Shown here one piece after another: positions 1-10,180 of a stretch of 32,000 nucleotides of DNA (its first letter is position 1; each line of letters starts with the position of its first letter). Made by a program: the position numbers and the translations under genes. A model generated the notes under the pieces. That model saw only the letters and a program-made list of their open reading frames with translations. It was not told the origin of the DNA and did not search any database. This DNA is from Mycobacterium leprae TN. Its GTDB lineage: Bacteria > Actinomycetota > Actinomycetes > Mycobacteriales > Mycobacteriaceae. Location: positions 2,970,001 through 3,002,000 of the forward strand of contig NC_002677.1 of the NCBI RefSeq assembly GCF_000195855.1. Direction: 5' to 3'.

Positions 1-866
1 TCGCCATTTCGACCAAAGATCTTGTCAGGCCGCACATGGACCGTCACATACAGATCACCCGACGGAGCGCCACGCAACCCCGCCTCGCCCTGCCCTGCCA
101 GCCGAATCCGTTGTCCATCTTCGACACCGGACGGGATCCGCACATTGATGGTTCGGGTCCGGGTGGTAACCCCGGTGCCTTTGCACTCTTCGCAAGGGTG
201 CTCGATGATCGACCCGCTACCCCGACATTCGGTACAAGGCTCAGAGAAACCAAAGGCACCCTGATTGCGGTTGATCACGCCGGAACCGTTGCAAGTGGAA
301 CACACTTTCGGACTGATTCCCGGACGTGCCCCGCTGCCATGGCAATTGGTGCACGGCGCTGGGCTGGTCAGCCGCAGCGGCATCGCTACACCTTTGGCCG
401 CTTCGACAAAATCCAAATCTGCCTCGGTCTCCAGGTCGTTGCCGCGTCGCGGCCTACTGGGGCGGACACTGGCGCCGCGTCCAAACAAGCCACCGAACAA
501 GTCACCGATGTTGGTGCCCCCGGTTCGACTGGCAGCATCGAACAAATCGTTGAGGTTGAACTCAGCACCGTCGCCGCCCATTCCAAAGTCACCAAAACTA
601 CTGTCGAACCGACGACCGCCTAACCAGCCGCCGGCAAACAGCCGGCGAGTTTCATCGTACTCTTTGCGCTTGACCGGATCCGACAACACATTGTGCGCCT
701 CAGACACCACCTTAAACCGTTCACCAGCGGAGTTGTCGGGATTCGCGTCAGGATGCAGGTAGCGTGCCAACTTCCGATAGGCACGCTTAATCTCTTCGGG
801 ACTGGCGTCAGAGGAAACGCCTAGCTCCTTGTAGAAGTCCTTTTCGACCCATTCACGCTGGGCCAT
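1..866 (-). CDS. dnaJ1: Chaperone protein DnaJ (DnaJ1), 3' end outside the window
   Basis: Reverse-strand translation from ATG at 866: MAQREWVEKDFYKELGVSSDASPEEIKRAYRKLARYLHPDAN... J-domain with HPD, G/F-rich region, and four zinc motifs CTNCHGSG, CSTCNGSG, CTECRGSG, CEECKGTG. Directly downstream of grpE. Missing from the ORF track because it is truncated by the window edge. Confidence 0.97.
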   Translation of the reverse strand, partial: MAQREWVEKDFYKELGVSSDASPEEIKRAYRKLARYLHPDANPDNSAGERFKVVSEAHNVLSDPVKRKEYDETRRLFAGGWLGGRRFDSSFGDFGMGGDGAEFNLNDLFDAASRTGGTNIGDLFGGLFGRGASVRPSRPRRGNDLETEADLDFVEAAKGVAMPLRLTSPAPCTNCHGSGARPGISPKVCSTCNGSGVINRNQGAFGFSEPCTECRGSGSIIEHPCEECKGTGVTTRTRTINVRIPSGVEDGQRIRLAGQGEAGLRGAPSGDLYVTVHVRPDKIFGRNG

Positions 867-879
867 ATCGCGTCACCCC

Positions 880-1569
880 CTAATCACCGTCCTCCTTGTG
901 CGGTGTCACGTTATCGCCCAGTTCACCTTGCTCGGTTTTGGCTGTGCTGTCGACAGGTGCGACTATGGCAACCGTTTCGGCACCATCGCCTGCGATCGTG
1001 TCAACCACCCCGACCAAGGCGTGCCGCAGCACTTGATCGCCCAATTTGTAGCCGTGCCGGAGGACGTCACCGATCACCGGCTTGGAGCCTTCCCCACCAT
1101 CGCCCTCATGCTGCACGGCTTCGTGCAGCACCGGGTCGAAGTCTTCTCCCTCGACGCCAAACGCCACCAGCCCGAGCCCGGTCAATGCGCTCATTAGCTT
1201 GTCGGCGACCGACTTCAGCGGACCCGAGTCCAGATCGCCGTGCTCGCGGGCACGATCGAAATCGTCAAGCACACCCAACAATTGGCTGATGACAGTGGCC
1301 TTGGCTCGATCCGAAGCCGTCTGCTGGTCGCGCAACGCTCGCTTACGGTAGTTGGCAAAATCGGCCTGCACCCGCTGCAGATCGCTAGTCAGCTCAGCAA
1401 CTTTGTCGACCATTGTGTCGGTACTGTTGGCACTTCGGTCGGTCATACCAGCCGGCTCGCTACCTCCCGGCGTGTCGCCGAGAGGTATAGATCGTACTTC
1501 GCCAGTATCGGGATCGATCCGTCGTTTGTCGGTGACCGTCACCTGTTCGTGTGGATTGCCTTCGGTCAC
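880..1569 (-). CDS. grpE: Nucleotide exchange factor GrpE
   Basis: 229 aa ORF with GTG start; ...[17 protein letters not shown]...[20 protein letters not shown]...[16 protein letters not shown]... is typical actinobacterial GrpE. Its GTG overlaps the dnaK TGA (GTGA). Confidence 0.97.
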   Translation of the reverse strand: MTEGNPHEQVTVTDKRRIDPDTGEVRSIPLGDTPGGSEPAGMTDRSANSTDTMVDKVAELTSDLQRVQADFANYRKRALRDQQTASDRAKATVISQLLGVLDDFDRAREHGDLDSGPLKSVADKLMSALTGLGLVAFGVEGEDFDPVLHEAVQHEGDGGEGSKPVIGDVLRHGYKLGDQVLRHALVGVVDTIAGDGAETVAIVAPVDSTAKTEQGELGDNVTPHKEDGD

Positions 1570-3428
1570 TTGGACTCCCGTTCGTCGTCGACCACCTCCG
1601 CGTCAACCACATCGTCAGTAGAGTTCGAGCCACCAGGCGCGGAAGCCTCGCCGCCCACCTTCGACGCAGCCTGGGTGGCCTCATAGATCGCCTGCCCCAG
1701 TGCCTGGGAGTCCTGACCCAGCTTCTCCATTGCCGACTTTATCGCGGAAATGTCGGTACCGCCAAGCGCCGTCTTAGCTTCTGCCACAGCGGCTTCCACC
1801 TTGTTGAGGGTATCCTCAGGCACCCTCGAACCATTCTCGGTTTCCCGTTGTTCCTTGACGAATTTCTCCGTCTGGTACACGAGCGTCTCAGCCTGGTTGC
1901 GGACGTCGGCCTCCTCGCGACGCTTGCGGTCCTCCTCAGCGTGCGCCTCAGCATCCTTGACCATCCGATCGATCTCTTCCTTGGACAGCCCGGAGCCTTC
2001 CTGGATTTTGATCGTATTCTCCTTGCCAGTGCCCTTGTCCTTGGCAGTGACGTGAACTATGCCGTTGGCGTCGATGTCGAAAGTGACCTCGATCTGCGGG
2101 ACACCGCGCGGAGCCGGTGGAATACCGGTCAGCTCGAAAGAGCCGAGAAGCTTATTGTGCGAAGCTATCTCGCGCTCACCCTGGTAGACTTGGATCTGCA
2201 CCGACGGCTGATTGTCGTCGGCAGTAGTGAAGGTCTCTGAGCGCTTGGTGGGGATCGTGGTATTGCGCTCGATGAGCTTGGTCATCACGCCACCCTTGGT
2301 CTCGATACCCAAGCTCAGTGGTGTAACATCAAGCAAAAGAACGTCTTTCACCTCACCCTTGAGGACACCGGCCTGCAACGCAGCACCAACAGCAACGACC
2401 TCATCGGGGTTGACACCCTTATTGGGCTCCTTGCCACCAGTGAGTTCCTTGACAAGATCGGTCACCGCAGGCATCCGGGTCGAACCGCCCACCAGCACGA
2501 CGTGATCGATCTCAGAAACCGAAATACCGGCGTCCTTGACCACCGACTGGAACGGCTGACGGGTGCGGTCCAGCAAATCCTGGGTGATGCGTTGGAATTC
2601 GGCGCGAATAAGCTGCTCGTCAAGGAATAGCGGGTTCTTGTCTGAATCGACGGTAATGTAGGGCAAGTTAACCGAGGTGCTTTGGCTCGAGCTGAGCTCG
2701 ATCTTGGCCTTCTCGGCAGCCTCACGTAGCCGCTGCATAGCCATCTTGTCCTTGGTCAGATCGATACCGCTAGTGCCCTTGAACTTGTCGACGAGCCAGT
2801 TGACAATACGGTCGTCCCAATCGTCGCCACCGAGGTGATTGTCACCGCTGGTGGCACGCACTTCGACCACGCCCTCGCCGATTTCCAGCAACGAAACATC
2901 GAAGGTGCCGCCACCCAGATCGAACACCAGGATGGTTTGTTCTCTCTCACCCTTGTCTAGACCGTAGGCCAGAGCGGCGGCGGTCGGCTCGTTGACAATA
3001 CGCAGTACGTTTAAACCGGCGATCTGGCCGGCTTCCTTGGTAGCCTGACGCTGGGCGTCGTTAAAGTAGGCTGGTGTGGTGATGACTGCATCGGTGATGT
3101 CCTCACCGAGGTAAGCCTCAGCGTCCCTCTTCAGCTTCATCAGAACGCGGGCGCTGATCTCCTGCGCGGTGTATTTTTTGCCGTCGATTTCGATGGACCA
3201 GTCACTGCCCATGTGCCGTTTGACAGACCGGATGGTGCGGTCGACGTTAGTAACCGCCTGGTTTTTGGCGGGTTGGCCGACGAGAACCTCGCCGTTACGC
3301 GCGAACGCGACAGTTGACGGAGTGGTCCTCGACCCCTCGGAGTTGGCAACGACGACGGGGTCGCCACCCTCCAGAACGGAGACGACGGAGTTGGTGGTCC
3401 CGAGGTCGATGCCGACCGCACGAGCCAT
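1566..3428 (-). CDS. dnaK: Chaperone protein DnaK (Hsp70), 620 aa
   Basis: [38 protein letters not shown]...; the ORF track starts 13 codons too far upstream (3467). ATG at 3428 is preceded by AGGAGG. Hsp70 signatures [14 protein letters not shown]-type and [13 protein letters not shown] are present. Confidence 0.98.
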   Translation of the reverse strand: MARAVGIDLGTTNSVVSVLEGGDPVVVANSEGSRTTPSTVAFARNGEVLVGQPAKNQAVTNVDRTIRSVKRHMGSDWSIEIDGKKYTAQEISARVLMKLKRDAEAYLGEDITDAVITTPAYFNDAQRQATKEAGQIAGLNVLRIVNEPTAAALAYGLDKGEREQTILVFDLGGGTFDVSLLEIGEGVVEVRATSGDNHLGGDDWDDRIVNWLVDKFKGTSGIDLTKDKMAMQRLREAAEKAKIELSSSQSTSVNLPYITVDSDKNPLFLDEQLIRAEFQRITQDLLDRTRQPFQSVVKDAGISVSEIDHVVLVGGSTRMPAVTDLVKELTGGKEPNKGVNPDEVVAVGAALQAGVLKGEVKDVLLLDVTPLSLGIETKGGVMTKLIERNTTIPTKRSETFTTADDNQPSVQIQVYQGEREIASHNKLLGSFELTGIPPAPRGVPQIEVTFDIDANGIVHVTAKDKGTGKENTIKIQEGSGLSKEEIDRMVKDAEAHAEEDRKRREEADVRNQAETLVYQTEKFVKEQRETENGSRVPEDTLNKVEAAVAEAKTALGGTDISAIKSAMEKLGQDSQALGQAIYEATQAASKVGGEASAPGGSNSTDDVVDAEVVDDERESK

Positions 3429-3478
3429 GGTGATTCCTCCTGATGTAGTAGAGCTTTTGTCGTGCACTAGGGCACTAG

Positions 3479-3499
3479 ACTGAGTGAACTTAACTCAAG
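3479..3499 (-). promoter_or_regulatory. HAIR-like HspR operator upstream of dnaK
   Basis: Reverse strand CTTGAGT-TAAGTTC-ACTCAGT compared with the HAIR consensus CTTGAGT-N7-ACTCAAG; one half-site perfect, located about 50 bp upstream of the dnaK start. Confidence 0.8.
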
Positions 3500-3977
3500 T
3501 CTGCTCCTACAGCCATGGCCCTGTCAACCCAGACTTTCAGCTTAGATCACTCAACTTGTCTTCATAGTCAACACCTCCGGTTCACGATTTTGTCCCCGAC
3601 GAGTTGAGGTTGTACAAATTCCGCCAGCGTGTCATTGGTGGCATGGGTACCCCAGGGATATAGGCGGTTTCGGTGGACAGATGGGACAGCAGCGCTCACC
3701 GACACAGACTACTGTTGTTATCGAAGGTTGAGCTGGCGACCGCACTTTTGGGCCAACTTACGAGGATTTCGTTGACGGCCGCTGTCAGTGGCCGGCACCA
3801 ACTTCGTGAAAGTGCTATCGCATACGCCATCATTTCCCAGAAGAGCACATCGGACCACTGCTCGACGGCTCAAAAAAGCCCAGAAACTATCCCTCGTCAC
3901 AGTAGGCATGTTGGTGGCACCAAAGAAATTAATTATGCACAGATCCTAGAACAGTTGCTCTGTTACCGTGAGGGGCT

Positions 3978-4590
3978 ATGCCCCGCCCTCGTGTTCATCA
4001 CCCAGATCGGGTCCTGGATACCGCCGAGTCGTTGGTTGTAGCGTCCGGGCCGGCCGCAGTGACCATACCGTGCGATCAGTTCAGCGATCGGCGTTTCCAA
4101 TGGCGCCGTCTATCACATGTTCGCGTCGCGGGCGGCGCTGCTGGGCCGAGTATGGCTACGGGCGGGATACCGATTCCTGAAGACGCAAACCGCACTAGTT
4201 GATCAGGCCCTGTCAGCGTCGGTACGGCGGGCTGGAGTCGAGGCTGTGGTGGCTGCCGCCGATGCACCGGTCGTCTTTGCCGAACAGTATCCAGACTCCT
4301 CCCGGCTGCTGCTGACGGTAAGGCGAGAAGAATTACTCAAATCGTTCCTGCCCAACGAGATCGAAATTGAACTCAGGGAGCTTGACGCATTGCTGATCAG
4401 TTTGCTGACGCGGCTCGCGGTGGTCATCTGGGACCGCAAAGACACCGGTGCCATCGACACGATCACGACATGCCTCATGGATCTGCCGACAGCAGTCCTG
4501 CTGCACCGTGACCGGCTGGGCAACAAGACGGCACGAAAGCATCTCCATGCAGCAGTGCGCGCGGTTCTGGAGGTCGGACCACCACCGTAA
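3978..4590 (+). pseudogene. TetR-family transcriptional regulator, frameshifted within the N-terminal HTH
   Basis: Frame 1 reads ...RVLDTAESLVVASGPAAVTIP; near 4072 the reading moves to another frame as AISSAIGVSNGAVYHMFASRAALLGRVWLRAG..., the classical TetR HTH and the C-terminal domain of ORF 4117-4590. Confidence 0.72.
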
Positions 4591-4619
4591 AGTGACCTAC
4601 AACAGAAAGGAAGAACCGC

Positions 4620-5279
4620 ATGACCATCGCCGTGCATTATGACGAAAAAATCGCCATCCTCGAACTTGGTGATGACGAAAATCGTTTCACATCTGTCTTT
4701 CTTGAAGAAATCAACTCCCACCTCGACGAAATCATAGCCAGCGGTGCCAACGGCTTGGTGACGACGGCACTTGGCAAGTTCTATTCCAACGGGCTAGACC
4801 TGGACTGGCTGTCCGCACACCGTGACCAGACTCAGTGGTATGTCGGCAAGGTCCAGGGACTCCTGGCTCGCCTCCTCACGCTGCCCATCCCTACCGCAGC
4901 GGCCGTCGTTGGTCACGCGTTCGGCGCCGGAGCAATGTTGGCCATGGCGCACGATTTTCGTGTTATGCGTGCAGATCGCGGCTACTTCTGTTTTCCCGAA
5001 GTGGATATCCGCATCCCGTTCACGCCCGGCATGGCCGCACTGATACAAGCCAAACTTGCTCCCCAGGCAGCAACTGCGTCAATGACCACCGGGCGCCGGT
5101 TCGGCGGCGGCGAAGCCGCCCGCCTCGGAATTGTCGACAATACGGCAGCCGAGGATGCCGTTACCGCCGTGGCGGTCGACCTGCTTCATCCGCTCGGCGG
5201 CAAAGATCCAGGCACGCTGGGCGTCATCAAACAGACCATGTTCGGCCACGCCGCGGCTGCTCTTTCTGCCAATGCCTAA
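4620..5279 (+). CDS. Enoyl-CoA hydratase/isomerase (crotonase) family protein, 219 aa
   Basis: Intact ORF with crotonase features: GLVTTALGKFYSNGLDLDWL, LTLPIPTAAAVVGHAFGAGAMLAMAHDFRVMRADRGYFCFPEVDI. Preceded by a purine-rich RBS (AGAAAGGAAG). Confidence 0.88.
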   Translation: MTIAVHYDEKIAILELGDDENRFTSVFLEEINSHLDEIIASGANGLVTTALGKFYSNGLDLDWLSAHRDQTQWYVGKVQGLLARLLTLPIPTAAAVVGHAFGAGAMLAMAHDFRVMRADRGYFCFPEVDIRIPFTPGMAALIQAKLAPQAATASMTTGRRFGGGEAARLGIVDNTAAEDAVTAVAVDLLHPLGGKDPGTLGVIKQTMFGHAAAALSANA

Positions 5280-5671
5280 GAGCTGAAAGAGGATTAACAT
5301 TACGCTGGTTCTTCCTGAGGCTGATCGATATTTCATCCGGTGGCGAGATCGCAACAGTCGACCATCTCGACTTCGAGCCGGCTGCTCAGATATGCCGTCG
5401 CACAATGACGAAGGATGTCCCAGATTGTCGCGAAAATAGCTGCAGAAGAACATGTTTCATGATTCCAGCACGAGCGTAACCACCGCGGGACCAACGTCGG
5501 GACGTATTGAACTACATGCAACACCACTATAATCAACCTGTACCCGATCAGCTTACTAAAAACCAATGCTCACCGAGACGTTAAGCCACTGCGGCAAGCC
5601 GTTGCGCTACATATTCAACAAAAACGTAGAGTTCATGATCAACAGGGCGATCGTGTATAGCTGGATAGCCT

Positions 5672-5975
5672 ATGGGACACACGCAAAGCATGGGTGGCGC
5701 GTTACTGGAAAACCTCTCCTGCTATGACGATGGAACCCCACTGGCTACCACACTCGTCGGCTATGCGCTACTAACGGTAAACGAAGTCCCGGCTATCGCC
5801 TATCGACTTCGGCCACGCCGAGACATCCGGTCGCTAACCCGGCGAATACAAGAGCAGTGGGTAAGGATTGAGCCATCGGCTCAGTTCCGGAGGTGATCAA
5901 CGCGATGAACGAAGCGATGGCGGCGCTGGGTGTGACAATCACCCGGATTTCGGACGCCTTGGCTGTCATATACTC
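5672..5975 (+). pseudogene. Molybdopterin-binding large subunit of a CO dehydrogenase/xanthine dehydrogenase-like hydroxylase, C-terminal fragment
   Basis: AQSMGGALLENLSCYDDGTPLATTLVGYALLTVNEVPAIAY... then, in another frame, VINAMNEAMAALGVTITRISDAL; resembles the CoxL C-terminus. Confidence 0.7.
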
Positions 5976-5996
5976 CATTGCTACGCAACCGCACCG

Positions 5997-6880
5997 ATGA
6001 AAACCGCGTTACTCGCTTACTGTCGGACCGACACCATTGATCAGGCGGTTAAGTTAATCTGCCCGCTAAACTTGGCTAGGACGCCAAGATTTTGTCCAGC
6101 GGCCAAAACCTGGTGTCTATGCTGTTGATACGACTCGCGTATGTCGGCCATATCATCGATATTTCCTGGCTAAGTGAGTTACAAGACATTGAGATCCGTG
6201 GCAACGAGTTGGGATCCGCGACTGAACTACCAAGACCAAAGCGTATTCCGATACTCAATTCCGGCAACCTGTTTCGCTGATAACCCGAGAGAAACCATAC
6301 ATCAGTCATGTTCATATAAGCAAAAGAGAAACCTTGGGCGGTTTGGAGTCGATTAACACCGACATGTTCAGCGAATACTCTTCTTTCACAATTACATTGG
6401 AGTCTATGGTCTAGGTACTGTCGCAGCAGGAACGTCGTTGATACTTGCCGCGTTCTTCTTCACTGGATTGCGGGAAACCGTGTTCGCGTCAGAACAACAA
6501 TCACAACCGAAGTGTGATTTCCTTTATGGGGAAGAGTATCTTTATTTTCAATACATGGATTCTATTGCAGAAAAGTGTGTTTCGCTCTCGCCAGAGCGTT
6601 GTAATTCGCCGAGCTCGATAGCTACGATCGCGTATCGAGCTACGCGATAGGTTTGCCTCCAGACATCAGTGTACCGTTAGGACACGGAAGCGAAAATCGT
6701 CTAAAGATCGGTCGAAAAGCTAGGGCCCGAGGAGAACAGCCAAGCTACAGTGACGGAACTTTACGAGATTACGACCGACATGCACGAGTCATGTGTCATA
6801 CCCTACCCAGGTGGGAACCTCTATGACGGCCCGGACCTGGACCGACGCAGTTAAAGAAGCAATCGCGGGGGGCAACCAAA
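5997..6880 (+). pseudogene. FAD-binding medium subunit (CoxM-like) of the same molybdenum hydroxylase, degraded
   Basis: MKTALLAYCRTDTIDQAVKLI... then, after a frameshift, KILSSGQNLVSMLLIRLAYVGHIIDISWLSELQDIEIRGNELG, comparable to the KVLAGGQSLVPMLNLRLARP..LVDINRI.EL motif of CoxM proteins. The space to the next gene fits a ~290 aa subunit. Confidence 0.65.
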
Positions 6881-6883
6881 TGC

Positions 6884-7292
6884 ATGAACAACCAGCCCAA
6901 CGGAATCTCCGTTACGGCCATCATCGAACCACGCCTGACGCTGGCGGACTTGCTGCGGGAGCAGCAGTGCGGCCTCACCAACACCCGTCTAGGCTGCGAA
7001 CACGGCGCATGCACGGTACTGCTTGGACGATGATACCGTGCGGTCATTCCTGCTGTTCGCGCTGCAAGTTGACAATATGGAATTACCAATAATCGAGGGT
7101 GTCGCGGCGCACGACGGCACCTTGCCAGCGATGCAGTCAGCACTGCGGGAATGCCATGGGCTGCAATGCGGCTTCTGCACGCCGGGTTTTGTAATTTCAC
7201 TGACCGCATTGCTGCGTGACAGCTACGAACGCGACGACGACCTTCAGCAGCGCACCGGCCTATCTGGGAACTTCCGCCAGTGCACCGGTTAA
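6884..7292 (+). pseudogene. [2Fe-2S] small subunit (CoxS-like) of a CO dehydrogenase/xanthine dehydrogenase family enzyme, frameshifted
   Basis: MNNQPNGISVTAIIEPRLTLADLLREQQCGLTNTRLGCEHGACTVLL / frame change near 7020 / VRSFLLFALQVDNMELPIIEGVAAHDGTLPAMQSALRECHGLQCGFCTPGFVISLTALL; both [2Fe-2S] cysteine motifs are recognisable. Confidence 0.85.
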
Positions 7293-7462
7293 CAAGGGCA
7301 TCGTAGCCACGACTCATTGCGCCGCTAAGATGACGGCTGGGGCCGTGCAGCAGCTGTAACACTTTGTCATCGGCGCTATTCCAAAAAGAAGTCACTGCAG
7401 TAACTTGCGTTACCTTATGCGTAATCTGACTTGCGGTATCTCAAAATCTTGGGGAGTGGCGC

Positions 7463-8035
7463 GTGCGGTTTTCGCAAAAGACACGGCGAAGTCTGGCCGG
7501 TGGCTCCCTGTTGCTCACCCCCTTGCTGGCAAGTCCTATGCTGATCGACGGCTGCAGCTCCATCATCGAGGGCAAGCCGGTAAAGGTACCAACTGGACTG
7601 TCCTTCCCCACACCCAGGTTGACGCCACCGCCCACCAGAAGTCCTCACACAGCCCCATCCAGTGCACCGGTAAGTCCGACCCTGCCAGCTGGCGCGATCC
7701 CACTTCCGCCCGACCAGAACGGTTACGTCTTTATAGAAAACAAGTCCGGAGTGACACGTTGCCAGATAAGCACCACCAACGTCGGGTGCGAGGCACCTTT
7801 CACCCACTCCCCTATACAGAACGGCGAGCACGCCAACGGCGTCAACATCACCGCCAACGGATCCGTGCAGTGGGTGCTGGGCAACCTCGGGGCTATCCCA
7901 ACCGTCACCGTCGACTACAAGGTCTACGACGCGCAAGGGTGGACGATCGACTCGACCGCGGATGGCATCAGGTTCACGAACAATCACACCGGACATGGCA
8001 TGTTCGTCAGCATCGACAAGGTCGACACGTTCTAG
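7463..8035 (+). CDS. Secreted protein / putative lipoprotein, LpqJ-like, 190 aa
   Basis: Basic N-terminus MRFSQKTRRSLAGG, hydrophobic stretch, SPMLIDGCSS possible atypical lipobox, Pro/Thr linker, then a conserved mycobacterial-type domain (GYVFIENKSGVTRCQIS...VNGVNITANGSVQWV-type...RFTNNHTGHGMFVSIDKVDTF). Gene order is compatible with Rv0344c (lpqJ). Confidence 0.7.
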   Translation: MRFSQKTRRSLAGGSLLLTPLLASPMLIDGCSSIIEGKPVKVPTGLSFPTPRLTPPPTRSPHTAPSSAPVSPTLPAGAIPLPPDQNGYVFIENKSGVTRCQISTTNVGCEAPFTHSPIQNGEHANGVNITANGSVQWVLGNLGAIPTVTVDYKVYDAQGWTIDSTADGIRFTNNHTGHGMFVSIDKVDTF

Positions 8036-8076
8036 GCACAGGCCAGGATCGTATAGTACAGGCCGGGACTGCAACA

Positions 8077-8099
8077 GTATTGTTGTATTACAACAATAC
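8077..8099. repeat. Perfect inverted repeat, 11-bp arms, 1-nt spacer
   Basis: GTATTGTTGTA-T-TACAACAATAC, 42 nt after the LpqJ-like stop codon. Confidence 0.9.
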
Positions 8100-9330
8100 A
8101 ACAAGGTATCACTGCATCGGCAGTTGACAGTTGGTGTCAGTGCCATCATGCCGTGGCACGCTACGGCCCACCGGAAGATTTCAATAGCCAGCCGATTCAG
8201 TACGCAAACAGTAGCCTATCCGTATAACCGCCATCCGGACCTCCGAAACCGCCCCAACACCGTCGCTAGCGGCGCTCAATTCCTCCTGGCTAATGCTAGT
8301 CGCCCGGAACTTTGGAACCAAAAAACCGAACCCACCCCGTGGTACCTCAAGCCGGCGGTACTCGTCGGCTGGGCCCTGCTGGTCCTAATCGCGCTGATCG
8401 TATACGACATCATCGAACTGGTAGTTGGAAGCCAAGGTACCAGCAGCACCCCGGCGACCACCAGCAAACAAAAACACCGAAGTACCGCATGTGAGCGAGT
8501 CGCTCGGATCGTCGATCGGGGAGCTAGCCTGGTCGGGTCCCGGGTGAACAACGCGCCCGGCGAATCGCAGATCCATTTTCACATTGTTAGATCACAGTAC
8601 TGCTAAAAGCATTCTGCTAAAGGAAAATTCGAATATGACAGAACCCCTCCTGATGTTACCGGTTTGTCGAACGAGTAGGAGACCAGACTCCGTTGGTAGC
8701 TGCCAACGAGACGAAGTACCCCGCCAAAGCGGAGACGCTATTAGCGCCGGACGTGATGGCGCGCAAGGCTTGTGCGACGTTAGCATTAACGCCACTGTGG
8801 TGAACGTAAGGTCGAATGCCGGTTCCAACTAGCCGTAGATCGGCACACGGTCCACAACCCCGAGTTCTCCGGTGACGCGATCGATCAACTTATCTTGACT
8901 TAGCTTCGTGCGGACAGCATCAATGCCAACACCACTAAACTCGCCGGCACCACACGCATGAAGTCGCTGACCAGATCGCTTGTCTAATGTCGGCATGTCA
9001 AGGACGAGTTGTCTTAGGCCTCAGTAACCACAACCCGTTCCGATCATTGGTACACAGCACCGATATCCTGCTGTCCTGCAATAAATTTGAGAAACTTCTT
9101 GCTGGGACACCGGCCTTCTTCATCAGCACTGTCGAAAAGACGTTTCAAAGCAACAAAATTCCGTGATTGAACCTGGAATCAGCCATGGCAATCGGAGGCA
9201 GAAGCATCTCGCTGCTTACCGCACAATTGTAGAAGCGCCCACAGGTGGCCATCTTGACCACACCGCAACCCGCTCTTAGCGCTGCCATCGGTGCGGCGGT
9301 GCCCGGTCAGCAGCAATCGTTATTTAGGGC

Positions 9331-9370
9331 CTGCCGACTATATGGCTATGTATAGCCATATAGTCGGCAG
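9331..9370. repeat. Perfect inverted repeat, 18-bp arms, 4-nt loop
   Basis: CTGCCGACTATATGGCTA-TGTA-TAGCCATATAGTCGGCAG read directly in the sequence. Confidence 0.95.
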
Positions 9371-10180
9371 CATAAGCATACCCACCAACTTAGTCTTCCC
9401 GCTAACCAAGATGGGGCCACCGATATGGGGAGACCAAACCGTTAGCAAAGACAAATCGGCTACTTACCGATCATTAGCTGGTAACAGAAATTCGCTAAAG
9501 TAGACGATCCTTTACCCTATACAGGAATCAATGATGCTGACGAAATATACCTATGAGACAAAGTGACTCGACTATAAAAACGGCCAGCGCTATGCGGCCG
9601 AAACAGCACCGCTGCCGTGGTACAAACACACGGTCCTGATCCCCGGAGTGGGGGCTGCGGGCGCAGCCGTGTTGCTGACGGTGAACCTAGGCCACGGCAA
9701 AAAGCTCACCGCTACCACAAACACCGAACCAGTACAGCATCGCCAACCTCCGCAGACCATGCCCATGCCGAAAAACAACTCTACCGTGTAGGTGATCCCG
9801 CCGCACGCCGGTCGGTATAAAGCAAGGGCTACAACACCCAGCCAGGCCCGCTACAACGACGACGACTTCCCCGCCGACGACCTTGCACCAAAACAATGCC
9901 AGAAGTGCCCACCAGGCCGACCCGGCGTGAACCACCGTTTAGACGCTAACGCACGCTGAACCTTCTACAGGCCAAAATTCGATTAAGTGCATGGCCAATA
10001 AACACCGACCCGAAGTTGTCACCATAATAAGCAACTTAGGGTTACCTTTCTCGCGCCGCAACCTGCACAGATGTCACTATTAGTAGGACAAAACAAGCAA
10101 CAACGTCGCGCCGCCTGCTACGGAGATCGAATGGTCCGGCGCAGTAATGTCGAAGTAACTATGCATGGGAGAAACCTTCT

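Noticed and set aside
36-762. 195 aa and 165 aa + strand ORFs at the left edge
   Set aside because: Antisense to dnaJ1, whose reverse-strand translation is complete and diagnostic.
1551-2240. 229 aa + strand ORF (and other + strand ORFs 898-1289, 1750-2725, 3169-3483)
   Set aside because: Antisense to grpE/dnaK; such long shadow ORFs are expected opposite GC-rich coding sequence, and the - strand products are unambiguous.
7405-8149. 240 aa (+) and 244 aa (-) ORFs longer than the LpqJ-like ORF
   Set aside because: Their translations are low-complexity or Arg/His-rich; the 190 aa frame at 7463-8035 has a signal-type N-terminus and a coherent domain ending.
9331-9370. Interpretation of the 18-bp-arm palindrome as a classical rho-independent terminator
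   Set aside because: No T-rich tract follows on either strand (CATAAG / GCCCTA) and no intact gene ends just upstream.
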